From Paramecium tetraurelia (Eukaryota), in NCBI GenBank assembly GCA_000165425.1, contig CT868661.1:124001-188000 (forward strand): a stretch of 64,000 bases of DNA, in the 5' to 3' direction. Each line of letters begins with the position of its first letter. The first letter of the stretch is position 1. A program made the position numbers and the translations under genes. Of the stretch, positions 26,862-40,698 are shown one piece after another. A model generated the notes under the pieces. It searched no databases. It had not been told where the DNA came from and saw only the letters and a list, made by a program, of their open reading frames with translations.

Positions 26862-27296
26862 TTATTTTAATAAAAATCTGGGTTTAATAAAATGTTGATA
26901 CCAATTATTTTATAATTAATGTGTTTTTTGTAGATGATGATTTAATGTTATAATAATATGCAATTTTGAATCATTTTAAACTCATTAGGATCTTAGTATT
27001 CTACAGATAATTTAGGATTAAAATTTTTAATGTCATATGTATTAATATAGAATTATAAATGAACTTCTTATATTATTTCATTTTATTATGATGCCTACAT
27101 ATTATATGATATCATTAGGTTAAGCAATAACATTTATTAGTTCATTTTGAATTCAAATTTAGTGAGGGATTCAAGAATATATTATATATAAATTATTCAG
27201 TAGAGATTTCTTAATTATTTGTTACCTTATAAACATTTAAAAATACATAAATTAATTTAATTTAAAGAAAGTTAATATTATTAAGCAATATAAACA

Positions 27297-27941
27297 TCAA
27301 AGTTATTGTTTTAAAAAGTGAACAATATTTAAATGTCTCCATCTTTATGCAACTTCTAAGGGAGTTTCTTCTATTCCGTTTATAGATACAGTTGTTTGAG
27401 GATTAGCTCCTTTCTCTACCAGTATTCTACATATATCAAGATGTCCTAATTTAGCTGCTACATATAAAGGTGTTAATCCTTTTTAATTTTTTTTGTTAAC
27501 TAAACAAAATTGACTCGTATTATCATAGAAATACCTTCATTAATGATATGAATATACTTTTTTGGATCTTTATTTAGTATTTCTTCGATTATATTTGAAG
27601 AATGTCCTTTTTCAATAGATGTGAAAAGTGCTTATTGCATTTAAATATATTTTAACGCTTCACTGAAGTTACGACTGCTCTCTGATCTCTATTTTAATGA
27701 ATCTTGAGGTTTGTAACCACTTATGACTAGTTCATCCTTGGATTAATATAAAATTAGATTACTGGAGAGTTCAACCGCCTCGTTTTTGGGTTTTAGAGTA
27801 ATCTAATTGTGGTGATAGCATGACGGAAGCTTTTCCAATATTTCAAGCCATCTCCATCAGAAAAGGGTACTCTATTATTAAGATAAAGAGATACGTATCA
27901 GGCTAAATGTTCCTAAGCGGAATATTTTATTTCTTATTCAT
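27297..27941 (-). CDS. Ankyrin-repeat protein
   Basis: GLTPLYVAAKLGHLDICRILVEKGANP and ETPLEVAQRWRHLNIVHFL; tiny introns. Confidence 0.85.
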
Positions 27942-27965
27942 ATTATTAAAATGATTAATAGTTAT

Positions 27966-28592
27966 TCATTTAACAAGTATACAGTTATTCAAAACAAAAT
28001 CAAGAACCAAAGAGGGATTCTTAAATCTAAGATCATTTAATTTAACAAAACAATTCTCAGAAATGCAGAGCATAACTTATTTTTTGTTGCTGATCTTCGC
28101 TTGTTCCCAATTTTTGATGTCTTTAATTAGAGTGCAATCGATTCTATTAGCTTGTTTGAATTCTCCATCAATCTTGTCATACATTAATATAGTATTGGAT
28201 GACAATTTAATAGTGGATTTAGAAGATGGCAATGATTGTTCATGTGTTTTGATATTGGATTATATCATTTTAGTAGTTTATTTAGATTGACAATTGCATT
28301 GATACTTGGTGGACTTGGAATCATCAATGTCATCGTCGTCATCGAATTCCACATCAGGGAGATCCAATTCAGTTCCCTTGTAGAACAATCTCTTTTGTTA
28401 TGAGGGATAGAGTTTGTCTGCGATTTGCTTACTGAAAATGAGGTTGAATTTTTCTATTTATTCAGAGGGCAAATTGGCAGCTTGTCTATAGATAAGATTG
28501 CCAGTTTTAGTTTCGACGATATAAGTAGGATGAGATCGTTGGGTTTCTAATTTAGAAAAGACTACGCCAACTATCTTTTAGGGATCAGCCAT
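27966..28592 (-). CDS. Hypothetical protein, possibly divergent chromo/chromo-shadow architecture
   Basis: Intronless 209 codons; acidic linker DDDDD; C-terminal LRFKNPSLVLDF. Confidence 0.65.
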
Positions 28593-28775
28593 ACGAGATT
28601 AAAATGAATAACAATTAAATTAGAAAGTGATATTTATATCTCAAAAATATTAACTAAAATTTGACTAAGTGATAATTATAAATTAATTGATGGTCTAAAT
28701 GAGTCTACAATATGAAGATTACTCTTGTTGTTAATACATTATAATATATTAAATAAATAATTCAGATTGGGATTA

Positions 28776-29603
28776 ATGTTTCAAAATAAGTACATAAGTG
28801 TATTAATTCCAATAGAACAGATTATGACAGAGGAGTGAATACATTCTCACCAGAAGGTCGTCTATTCTAGGTGGAATATGCATTACAAGCAATCAAATTG
28901 GGAGCAAGTGCTTTGGCCATAAAAGTGAATGATGGAGTGGTGTTGGCTGGAGAAAGAAAATTGAATTCAACTCTTTTAGAGCCTAGGAGTATTGAGAAGA
29001 TCTATGAAATTGACACTCATATTGCTTGCACTGCCTCTGGTTTCATTCCTGATGCCAGAACATTAGTTGAACATGCCAGAGTTGAATCCCAGAATCATAA
29101 ATTCAATTATGGTGAACCCATCAATGTTAGAGCACTCACCTAGATTGTTTGCGATTAGGCTCTTGATTTTGGAGAGAGTGATTCCAAAAGCAAAACAAAA
29201 ATGTCAAGACCTTATGGAGTGGCGCTATTGATTGCTGGTGTTTCTGATCATGGTCCTCAAATTTCTCTAAACTGGTACTAAATTGAATGATTATAGACCC
29301 CACTGGAACTATGATTGAATATTAAGCTAAAGGAATTGGTGCAGCCGATGAAGGTATCCAAAGCATACTCAAAGAATAATACAAATAAGTAAGATCATAA
29401 ATTAAGTCAGGATCTAACCTTGGAGTAAGCTGAGAGATTGGCCATCTTATGTCTCAAGAATGTGATGGAAGAGAAAGTAATTATAAGTGATCATATCTTA
29501 GATCAATAATTCCAATGTAGAATTGGCTGTAATTACAACTGCAGAGAAAAGATATACCTAAAGAACACCAGAACAAATATAAAGTCTAATTGACAAAGTT
29601 TGA
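28776..29603 (+). CDS. PSMA5: 20S proteasome subunit alpha type 5
   Basis: [34 protein letters not shown]; 4 tiny introns. Confidence 0.95.
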
Positions 29604-29639
29604 AATATTATATATCTATAATAAGTATAATATGATTCA

Positions 29640-30311
29640 AATACGTGAAGTATTAGATTTTAAGAAGAGTATTGGACTTCTTATATTTTAAAAAAATTAT
29701 TGAAACTCTAAAAATGATGATCGTCCTCTATATTATATGGCAATGAATAATCGTGGTCATCTTCAAACACAATCTGTTTCTTGGGGAAATACTTCTTAAA
29801 TAGTTGTTTATTAGTCGAGGCATATTCAACAGCGACTTTTATTACATCCTCATTTCTTATGCATTATTTCTGTCCTGGAAAACCTCTTTCATTTCTATTA
29901 ATCATACCCAAATCTTGCTTTGTACAATTATAAAAATTATCCAACAGAAGGCTTCGATTCTTCTATTGTCATTTTTTACACCCTCAGATCCTAATTATTG
30001 TCCCAAATTTCGTATTCCTCGTCAGCACTCATGTTGCTCTCTGATGTAATCACTGATAATAACGAAGGTCTTTGTTGACAATTGATACTGGTTTGACGTT
30101 GGAATGCATTTCGAGGTTAAACCAAAGGTTTCACATCTTATTTGGCTTGTGTTTTCAAAGGATAATTAGTTAACTATTTTATTGATCGGTGTTGTGGAGT
30201 GTAAGATTTACACTTGATACTGTACTATAAAGAAGCTAAAAGTTCCCCTGCTTTCTTTATTTTAGATGAGCCATCTCTCACTCTAAAACCATTCCCTTAA
30301 GTTTTTTTCAT
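29640..30311 (-). CDS. Hypothetical protein (3' end unresolved)
   Basis: About 140 open codons from ATG 30311; continuation needs an uncertain intron near 29917-29944. Confidence 0.5.
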
Positions 30312-30465
30312 TATTATATTAAATAGCTATAATTATTTAATCTAAAATGATAACTGGGTTAATTGATGAGTACATTTAATCAATATTATATTAATGATTA
30401 TAATTTAATTTGCAATTAAATTCCTATGGTTATATAGATATATATATATGATGAAATTAAAATAT

Positions 30466-30729
30466 TCAATATTGTAGTTATCCCTTTTGATTGATATCAT
30501 TAATGGATTTGACCTAAAAAGAATTAGGAATTTTCACTTATGGTTAGTTGGGAGAAACAACTTCCATACATGATTCTGTTGATCTGTTCAATTCATTTTC
30601 CTTTTGCTGCAACCATGACTCATAGTATTGATTTCTCTTCTTTTAAGGATGACGAGGACTTTTGGTTTTGATTCTATTAAAGATGGCTTGTTAGTGGAAT
30701 CGATTATTTTATATACCTAAATTATTCAT
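30466..30729 (-). CDS. Small hypothetical protein (87 aa)
   Basis: ATG-to-TGA code-6 ORF with coding-like composition. Confidence 0.5.
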
Positions 30730-30745
30730 TTAGTTTAATAATAAT

Positions 30746-32047
30746 TCAGTTTAAAAAATTTTAGATGATATTCATTTCATAGAAATTCTTAGTTGCATTA
30801 TCAAGACAATGAAATAATTTTTTCATATTATAATATGAGAATGTATTTTAATATTCTTCGAAGAGTTACATCAAATGCTTTTCTAATCTAACTTAAATTT
30901 ATGGTTAATAATTAAAATCAAACAGCGTATCATTTTATTATTTCTCCAAATTCAAAAAAAGCGTGAAATGTTCATCTTCAATTCCATTCTCTAATTTCAT
31001 CTGATAAGCCATCCACACCTTAAGTACCTATAAACTATCTGAGTATTCTAAACTGAGACTATGATTGACTCTTCTCTCCTTAGAATTGAAATTGGGGCTA
31101 TACATGGGTTATTGTAAGAATTCATAAAATACACTACTGCAAAGAGGAATTCTCATAAACAATTGAAAATTATCCAATATTATAGATGGAATTAATGGCA
31201 ATCTGATTAATGTACTCTATTGTATGGGTATATAAACAATATAGTAAAATTCAACCATGCTTCTGAGGATTTAAGAAAAGATCATAACGATTAAAGGGAA
31301 TGGCAATTCAATAGGTCCATTTTGTATTTTACAATCCATCTCATTGATAAAGTAACTGATAAAAGTATTAATGTATAACCAAATCGCATAAATCAATAAT
31401 GGTTTATTGACAAACTTTTGAAGAGTATCAAATTGGGGTATAAAAATCTTTTGATTCCAATATATGATAAGCATGCACAATACAATTTCTAAAGTATTAT
31501 TAATAGCCTCCACTATATTTATATTCTCGTATTGAATGAGATCACTTATGTGATCTTAATCTGAGTAGTTTTTTTTTTCATTATAAAGAATGACAATGTA
31601 ATAGATCCCTGACCAAAATGCCGAAGTCATCAATAAAGCGACAATTAAAATACGAAATTAATATCTAAAAAGCTTGGTACAAAGAAATTTTAACAGGTTA
31701 GAAGACTTGATATTGAGGTGAAATGCCAAGGTGACTCTAAGTGATTTAAAAACTGTGATATATACAAAAAGTCCCCGAAAAAAATTCTAAAATATCATTA
31801 TGATTTTAGTTGTATGAAAATTATTCTAACCATCATATACAATTACAAGTAGAGTGAGGACAATGAATAAGTAAAGTGATAATCCTTGAAATATTGTTAA
31901 AAGTGGTGATAATTCCTAAATAGGGTTCCAATTCCGTAATTTATAAGTTTAGAATAAAAGGCCAACAGATATGAGGCTAAGAAGTGCAATAATTACAATA
32001 GAAGGGATTAGTGTTTGTTCCGATATTTGTAAACATAATTATTACAT
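30746..32047 (-). CDS. Multi-pass (about 7TM) membrane protein with a C-terminal RGS-like domain
   Basis: Intronless 434 codons; RNWNPIQELSPLL after TM1; C-terminal FMRIP..FYEFL..LKVW..LFEEYQNTFSY pattern. Confidence 0.7.
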
Positions 32048-32958
32048 TTAATTTATGTGATTCTAATTAAATTCAATATTACATAAATATCAATATCAAA
32101 GTAATATCATCAATCACTATATTACTTCTCAGTTGACAACTACATCAGCTATATCTAGTCAATATATCTGCACTTATTTTCAACATCCCTTCTATCAATA
32201 TGAGAAGTAACATAACATAGATTTTCGGATCAATAAAGAAATTCAACAACATCATTTAAGATCCAAATGATAGAATTCATCAAGAACTAAATTGAATATC
32301 ACTGGGTTTTCAAAGACTCCTACACTTTAGCATTTTAAAGGCAAATAGACTTTGTCATTTACAACACTAGCCAAATTCATTATGAATAAACAAACACAGA
32401 AGAACAAAATATTACTTAATTAATTTAAGTCTCATTTAAGGATTTAATTAATGATTAAATATTATGTATATAATAAAGGATTAAGGTAAGGGATAGAGAT
32501 GATATTGAATTTTACTTAGGTGATATAGAATTCAAATTACTATTTGAAGATATTTCGAATAAGATGAAAATGAATACAATTACCATCTTAGTAAATATAG
32601 AAATACATAGATGATGATTTGCTGTTTATATTTGGAAAAGCTATAAAGGAATATAATTCTATTTATTTGGATTCCAAGTTTGCATCTTTTCTAACTTAAA
32701 TTTAAGGATGATTCAAAATTATAGTCTAATTCAATTTATCAATTGAAGTATGTTCTCTAAATTAATAGAGGAGAACGATTCACACTTTTTCCAGGACCCA
32801 ATTGATGTTTTTTTCACTTAAATATTTTCTTTAAGCCCAGATTGAAAATGAACTTTAATATGAATTCGGATTCTTTAGTGGAGTAATATGGTTTATGAAT
32901 ATTAAGATTTATAGATGTTGGTGATAATATATTATTTAATTATTTCATAATTTATAAT

Positions 32959-33853
32959 TCAGACATCAAATCCAAAGTATCCCAATATGTATTGGTTCTT
33001 TTCTCCCACATTGACTCTGCCATCTACTCCGTATTGGGTGCCAAAAGAGTTCAATGATTTCCATGTAATTTTGCCATCAGTTTCAGTGTGCCAACCCACA
33101 ACCATTAAAAATCTGATGCCAAAGTCTTGATCATTTTTCTTAGTGGTATAAAGTCCACTTGAGTATTCATTCAAGCTTGAGCCATCTTTAATAATAGTAT
33201 ACATTCATGATTACATTTCAATGCCAGGACAACAGGACCTTTATTTATGATGTGATCTTGTATGTCTTGTGTTGATGTAAGTTCTATAAGATCTTTGGCT
33301 CTCAACTCTGATTTCTTGAAACTCAAATCGTCACATCTGATTGGACATTTGTTCTTGAGGTTGAAATTGACTGTTTGCTTATACGAAAGACACTTATTGG
33401 TACTCAGACCATTCTCTAACAAGAAACTGAATTGTTTAGTGAAATGAGACGATACTTCTTGATGCTATTAACAATCTTCAATGATTTGGGTGTAGCAGAA
33501 CATTTGTCCTCATCCCACTTGGTACATTGTAGCAATTCTTCAGCCGAAAGACGAGGTTACTTCGATGACGATCTAAGACAATTGGTCAGGTACAGAGACT
33601 AAGTGAAGATATGAGCCCAATTTCCACCTTGGCAAAGACCCTGGGTTAGGATGGAATAAATACTTCAAGGAACACTGTTTAATCACAATTGTCAATCTGG
33701 GTTATAAGACTAGAGTGCTTCAAATCTATACGTCACATCATATTCCTTTGGGCGATAAGTGAGGAAACTAGGAGTCTGCTCAAGACTAACAAGGGTTACT
33801 AGGAGGAGAACACAACTAGTTACGACTATTGTGAATGTGGTATATCTATTCAT
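32959..33853 (-). CDS. Papain-family (cathepsin B-like) homolog, predicted inactive
   Basis: Signal peptide; EGLCQGGNWA, LSAEELLQC, GPV, YSSGLY, RFLMVVGW, W..LNSFG; 4 tiny introns. Confidence 0.85.
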
Positions 33854-33893
33854 TATATAATAATAATGAGACTGTTAATTATTTTAAATTCCA

Positions 33894-35526
33894 ATGAAGC
33901 ATAGACCAGCTGCAAATAGTCTAAATTAGAAGGAGAATGAAAAATGCATAGGCAATCAATATTCATACAAATCAAGACCTCCTTTGTAATAAGATTTACT
34001 GATGAACCTAAAGAATTAACAACTCAGGAATCTTGATGCCATCAGTTAGATACTATAATCCAAAATTTGTAAAGTCGAAAAAAGAGATAATGTTGAATAC
34101 TTCAAATTCGATTTCAAATAACAGAATATCTGTGACAGAGTGAAGTTTCTTAGTAATTAACCAGATGATGATAACAATAAAACTGAGAATTTTAAAGCTT
34201 AATATAAGGTTGGTAGTCGTATTGGCCAAGGAGCCTATGCTTCGGTGAGAGTGGCTATTCAAATTGAATCAGGTACTAAAGTGGCTATCAAAATCTATGA
34301 GAAATCTAAAATACGCGATTTATAGCGTCGCAAAGGAGTCCGCAGAGAAATAGAAATTCTTGAAAAGATAGATCATCCAAATATCGTCAAGATTATCGAC
34401 ACTTTGGAATCAAATAATCACGTCAATATTATATTAGAATATGTGAGTGGAAGTTCACTTCACCATTTTATTCGCAAATAATAAGTATCTATTATATGAT
34501 AATATATAAGGAACGAAGACTCGATGAAGAAACTGCTAAAACTATATTTAAACAAATCCTTGATGCAGTTTAATATTGTCATTCCAAAAATATAGCTCAT
34601 AGAGATTTGAAACTAGAAAACATTCTATTAGAGGGCTAAACTCCTAAACTAATTGATTTTGGTTTTTCCACCTTCTTTCCCATTGAGAAAAAGGTCAAAA
34701 TGTTCTGTGGCACCCCTAGTTATATGGCTCCAGAAATAGTCACCAGGTAAGAGTATCGAGGAGATAAATCAGATGTTTGGGCCTTAGGAGTTGTCCTCTT
34801 TACGATGCTTCAAGGTGTCTTTCCCTTCAAAGGAGATACTGATGCAGAACTCTATTCTAAAATTCAATCAGGAGAATTCACAATTACTCATGATATCTCC
34901 AAGGAGGCCATTTCATTGCTTTATGGAATGCTCACGGCTGATCCAGATGAACGACCTACTGTAATTGAATTACTCAATTATCCATGGCTTAAGAGATAAA
35001 ACCTATATACTGAAAACGAGGAAATCAAAAAAAAACATAAATTACCTGAAGATTTAATTGAAGATCTTAATACTATTACTAAAAATATGTCTTTCATTAC
35101 TCCCACTAGTTAAATCAAATAACAATTCTACTTTGATTTCTCTCATCTTAAAAATACTTCCAAACCCAATACTAATAAGGTATTATCATATTCCAATTTT
35201 AGGCCATTATTCCCAAACCCTCTTACTTCACTACCACCAATGCCCAGACCAAATCTAGAGAACCTTAATTTTTCAAAGTGGACAAGATATTAACCAAAAA
35301 TGATAGACATACTACAACTCATTCAAAAGAACGACATCCTACATTATCGAAAGAAAGACAATCCTCATATAGTTTTGAATCCAGTAGAGGTTTGTCTCAG
35401 AAAAAGAATCCTCATTAATTAACTGTCCATCCTAGTTTCATACCAAGTGAAAAGAGCTTTCACTCTTTCAAAAGTCCTCAGATTGCTATGAATGATAAGC
35501 GTTCTTTCAATTTTTTTTATAATTGA
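33894..35526 (+). CDS. CAMK-group (MARK/SNF1-like) Ser/Thr kinase
   Basis: GQGAYA, VAIK, HRDLKLEN, DFG, FCGTPSYMAPE; one intron. Confidence 0.92.
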
Positions 35527-35614
35527 CTTTTTAATTGTATATTAAAGAACAAGAATTCGCAAGAATAAATGAAAATAAACATGTTTATAAATATTATATT
35601 CAATCTGGAGTCAC

Positions 35615-36709
35615 TCAATATTTATCTGACAACATTCCATATGTATTTTAATTATATTGAATTCTAAACAACAAACTCTATAAATAATTCTAATAAATTA
35701 CATTTGAGAACATTGTATCCCAATAAGGATTAGAAATAAGCATTGGTTAATAACTATACACATTTTCTATTGGACACTTGAACTCAGGCATGGGTGTCTA
35801 TTCCATTAGTGGTGGAGGAATATTAAACAGATATTTTTCAATTTTGATATTTTTAGTTGTAAATATAGGCTTCTTCTCTTAAATCTTTTTGATTATATTT
35901 TATTAATCTAATCCTAGTTATACTTTAAATGTTTTCTTGTATTTCAATTTCTTTATTTAGACCTTCTATGCCTGCTTGTTAACCTTTTTCTCTAAATATT
36001 TATCACTACGTATAAATATATTTTACTTTTACTCAACAAGGTATTTCATTATATTTTTAACCTAATCTATTGTTTAGTCATCAACTTTATCTCCAACTTT
36101 GATTTTTTTATTGTTTCGAATTAACTATTTAAAAAGAACCTTCATCTTATCATCAATCTTTAATATTTTATCATTATCTTCATCATCATGACAATAAATG
36201 CTGGAAATCAAAAGGGGCTGGATTTTCGCAATGATTACAGAACCTAATTGATGAGAATAAATACTTTCAGTTGTTTGATAAGCAACTTTTATCAATCGAC
36301 GAATAATTTTCTTGACGTGAGCATAAAACTTATTCTTTATGTCCTAATCTGTTCTATTGTTCAGCTATTCAGCAATAAAAGTCTAAATGAGATTCATATA
36401 AAAACCCATTTATTCCCATAGAGTTCAATCAACTCAAAAAGCTAGTCAATTTCCTTGTCTGTTAAATTGGCTTTATTATATCGTCTATCGAGATGATTCG
36501 AAAACCTTTCTCGACAAGCTTTCGTGTCCCTATAAAACCCATGTGATTTTAAGGCTGAAGAAATTTTCTTCCATGCCAACCTTTCCTTTTCATACTTTTT
36601 CACAAATTTTTTTAAAAGCTTGTCTTCCTGTAATTATATACAATACAGTTACTTGGGGTGTCCAAGGCTTTCTTTTCTTTTTATCTTCTGAAGGGCAATG
36701 TTTAACCAT
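35615..36709 (-). CDS. R2R3-MYB transcription factor
   Basis: KPWTPQED..W..I..KACRERFSNHL; YGNKWTFIA..RTDQDIKNKF. Confidence 0.9.
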
Positions 36710-37183
36710 ATTAAATAATTTAAAAATATAACTATTCTTAGAATATATGTATGAGTGCTTAAACTTAAGGTTTTGAAGTCTACAATAAATACATACAATA
36801 CATAAGCAATAAAGTTAAATTGTTATGTAATAAGGTGAATTTTTAACAATAAACTTTCTTAATTTCGTCGCAAATTGTCTTGAAAAATTTTCTTATTTGT
36901 AAAAAATGGAAGTTTCAAATATTAATTATCTTTTATTAGATTTATATATGTGAAAATTTAATTCTCATTTCTTTTTTCGTGCCTCAAAACACAAATGAAG
37001 TAACTATACTCTAATTTGATAAATTTACATAACTTTGAGTACTGTATTAAATTGGAAAATATCTGCAATGAAATAAATTAAATTATTATGGAAATTTATA
37101 AATAAGAAAGTCATTTTAAAAAGATTAATTGGTTGTGGTTATTGAATTAATATTTTAATAAAGAATATTTATAAAACTCATTC

Positions 37184-38000
37184 ATGGCAAATCGATGTTA
37201 ATTTGAAAACTCCAATGATATTGGTGTCTTTTCTAAACTTACAAATGCATACTGTCTTGTTGCACTTGGAGGAAGTGAAAATTTCTATTCTGTGTTTGAA
37301 TCTGAACTTGGATTAAGTATGCCAGTCATCCATTGTTCAATTGGAGGCACAAGAATTATTGGAAGATTGACTGCAGGTATATTATATTGTATAAACATAA
37401 TCAGGAAATAAAAATGGATTATTAGTACCAAATACATGCACTGATTAAGAACTCAAGTAAATCAGAAATTCATTGCCAGATGAAGTTAAAGTAAATATGT
37501 AAATTAATATCATAGGTTAAAAGAGTTGAAGAGAAATTATCAGCTTTAGGTAATTGTGTGGCTTGTAATGATTATGTTGCTTTGATACATTCTGATTTGG
37601 ATAAAGAGACAGAGGAAATAATTGCCGATACTTTGGGAGTTGAAGTTTTCAGAACAACTGTGGCTTAATAGGTTTTGGTTGGAACTTATTGTTGCTTTAA
37701 TAATCAAGGAGGATTGGTGCATCCATTGACAACAGTAGAAGAATTAGATGAATTAGCTAATTTACTATAAATACCATTGTGTGCTGGTACTGTAAACAGA
37801 GGTAGTGATATCATAGCATCTGGTCTTGTTGTTAATGATATTGCTGCTTTTTGTGGTACAAATTGAATATAAACTTTATAGGTTTGGATACGACATCTAC
37901 AGAAATCACAGTGATTGAAAAAATCTTCAAATTGTAAGATAAAAATAAGTAAAATATGGAAGTGTAAATTCGTTAAGATATGATGCAAGAGTTGGAATGA
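37184..38000 (+). CDS. EIF6: Eukaryotic translation initiation factor 6
   Basis: [30 protein letters not shown]; 3 tiny introns. Confidence 0.95.
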
Positions 38001-38032
38001 TCTAATAATTATGTTGATTAATATTATGTATA

Positions 38033-39015
38033 TCATTTAATTTCAATATTATCAGCTGAATCCTATTCATTATTGATCATACTATGATATTTATTGAATT
38101 CAGATCTGATGAACTCTACCTTTTGATTTAATTCACTGTAGTTTTCAGTCTCATCCTTTTTCATCTCTGCTTGAAAATGCTGAGCCATATTACATAAAGC
38201 CAAAATATCCTTCAGATATTGTACTTGAGTTTTTCTCTTCTAAAACCCAGATTTTTTATATGCCTGAGGAGAACATTAAACTTGTGGAAAAGAAAATAAA
38301 ACTTTAATTTTATGTTTGAGGGGAGTTAATTTTGTATAACTTATCCTAGGAATAAGAATTTTTGTGAAGCTTTTTAAACTTGTTATTTTGGGGTTTTGGC
38401 TACTCATCTTAAGGAAGTCCAATTTTTTTATAGTACTTTTTGAATCTAACATAAAAGGGATCCAATTTCATTCCCAAAGGTTTTGGAGATGGGATTTTCA
38501 ATTCCACAGGGGATTGTAATGGAGATTTAATATCATCTATCCTTAAATCTATGGATTATCTTCGAGTCAAAAATTTATTATTATTTTTGATTTATTTTTG
38601 AGGACTAGGTATGAGTTCAATAGAAGATCGTCTTAAATATTGAGATTCATTTGGTTTCCCTAAACTAATTCTTGATTTTTCTAAAATGTTCCTGCAGTTT
38701 TTTGATAAAATGCTCCATTTTTCTTCCTTTACCTCATCTAATTATACTGCAGGCTCTAAATCCATCTTTGAGAAAGTCTTTAAATAAGTGAGTTATGGTT
38801 TAGAGTAAGTATGATGATATTCTACATTATGCAGGGGAGTTTGTAATTTTTGATTATTCTTAGTCTTCATCATGTATTTCACAACTCCAGGAGCCAAATC
38901 TGCTTTAATTGTTTTTATTTTGATATCCAATTTTTCCCTTCTTAACTAATCAATTGATTATTAATACTTATTCAGGACTCTTATGTATCTAAGAGTTATC
39001 AAGGATTAATTGCAT
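38033..39015 (-). CDS. Hypothetical protein
   Basis: ATG 39015, 22-nt intron, long code-6 frame ending TGA. Confidence 0.65.
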
Positions 39016-39729
39016 TATTTAATAATATATGTGTTAAATAATAATGTTTAATTGTCAACTGATCACAGTGCAATTTAAACTTATTAAAGAATAAATACAG
39101 ATTTTAGCATTCAAATCGATATATGAATCCAATTGCGATAAATTAGCTTATTGATTTGGCATCATTTTTTAAATTAATCCTAATTGTAAGTTCAAATTCT
39201 TTTAATACACTTTTTGGATACATTTTTGACTGTTTTTAATGGGTTTAGAGGGTTTTACAGTAAATTTTGGATTAGACTTAAAAGGATTGGTTAATAAAAG
39301 ACGAGAGTTGATTATTTGAAAACTTTAATGAGAAAAAGGCCAAATCAAATATTATAATAATTAAAATTCCTATTGATTTCCGATAGCAATGCAGAATCTA
39401 TATTTATCTTTAAATCGAAAAGAAATTATTATTTTTATATTAATTTGAGATATTTAAACAAAAATTATAATTCGATGCATTTTAAAAAATATACCCATCA
39501 TAAAACGTAGAATAATGAGGGGGTAAATTTAGATTAACATTTTATACGATGTTATCATAGATATTGATATAAGATTTCCAAATTTGAACTGCACAGATAC
39601 ATTTTGGAAATAACCTATACAATGCACAATATTCCATTATCAATAAAATAAATTAGGAATTAAGCAGATTATAATAAATAAATTCATACGTAGTTAGTAT
39701 AGAGAATTTAAAAAATAATATACAGGTAA

Positions 39730-40698
39730 ATGAATATTTCTGAGGCTAGAACAGTTGGTATATCACCACCTCAAAAATTCTCGAAGTTAAACCAATCTTA
39801 ATAGTTAATTCCTGAAGAATGTCTTCCACCAACATTTTAAAGTCTCAATCCTTCTCCAAGAAGAGATGTTTACAAAAAAGGAATCAAGAAAACTTATAAA
39901 ATGAAAGTATATTTAATTGCTAACTCACAAATTAGGATAATGAGAGAAAGAAGATGGTATGGTGTAATATATATATGAATGAAATGGACCCAATCTAATT
40001 GGCTAGGTCAAAAAAAGGAAGTAAGAAAATTAAAATACTTGTTTTAGAGTAATGTCGTATTTGCTCATAGGAAGAAGAAACTTCAAGATTCATCTATCCA
40101 TGCATTTGTAGTGGCACAGCCAAATATGTGCATGAAGAATGCTTTAAAAATTGGATTCTTTTAAAGAATGGTATTGAAAAGGTTTATAAGAATGATGTAA
40201 CAATCCATTATTATAATGTATCAGATTAAATGTGAAGTTTGCTAACAAAAGATATCAATGAAAATTCACTTTTAAGAAGAAGTACATGCAGAAATAATTT
40301 AAGAAGTGCCTAGGCATTAAAAAGCATGCTGGCTTATATTAATCTTTATAATTTTATTATAGATAGCAGGAGCTGTCATATTGGGGGTCCTAGTAGGCTT
40401 TTCCAATGTTGGTTTAGCAGCAGCTATTACTTTATTGGGAGTCATTTCAATAGTGTTGATAATTTATCTTGTTGCTAAAGTTACTCACAGTTTAACAGTT
40501 GAAACTATTGATTAATGGGTATTTCAAAATTACCATAAAGAATAAAGTCCTGAAAAAATTGGAAATATTATAAATATACCTCCATAACCTGCTTAAAACT
40601 AAAGCCCAAAGAGTCCGAGGTAGAGAAGAAAATCTTGTGTTCCTTAATTCTCTGGAATATAAATGATCTAATTAGACCAATATCCTTTAGATGTTTGA
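39730..40698 (+). CDS. MARCH-type RINGv (C4HC3) membrane E3 ligase
   Basis: CRIC..PCICSGTAKYVHEECFKNW..CEVC followed by two TM helices. Confidence 0.88.

Noticed and set aside
39515..39733. 73-codon ORF overlapping the RINGv start (ATGA)
   Set aside because: With a single stop codon such ORFs arise by chance; it is AT-rich with no motif.
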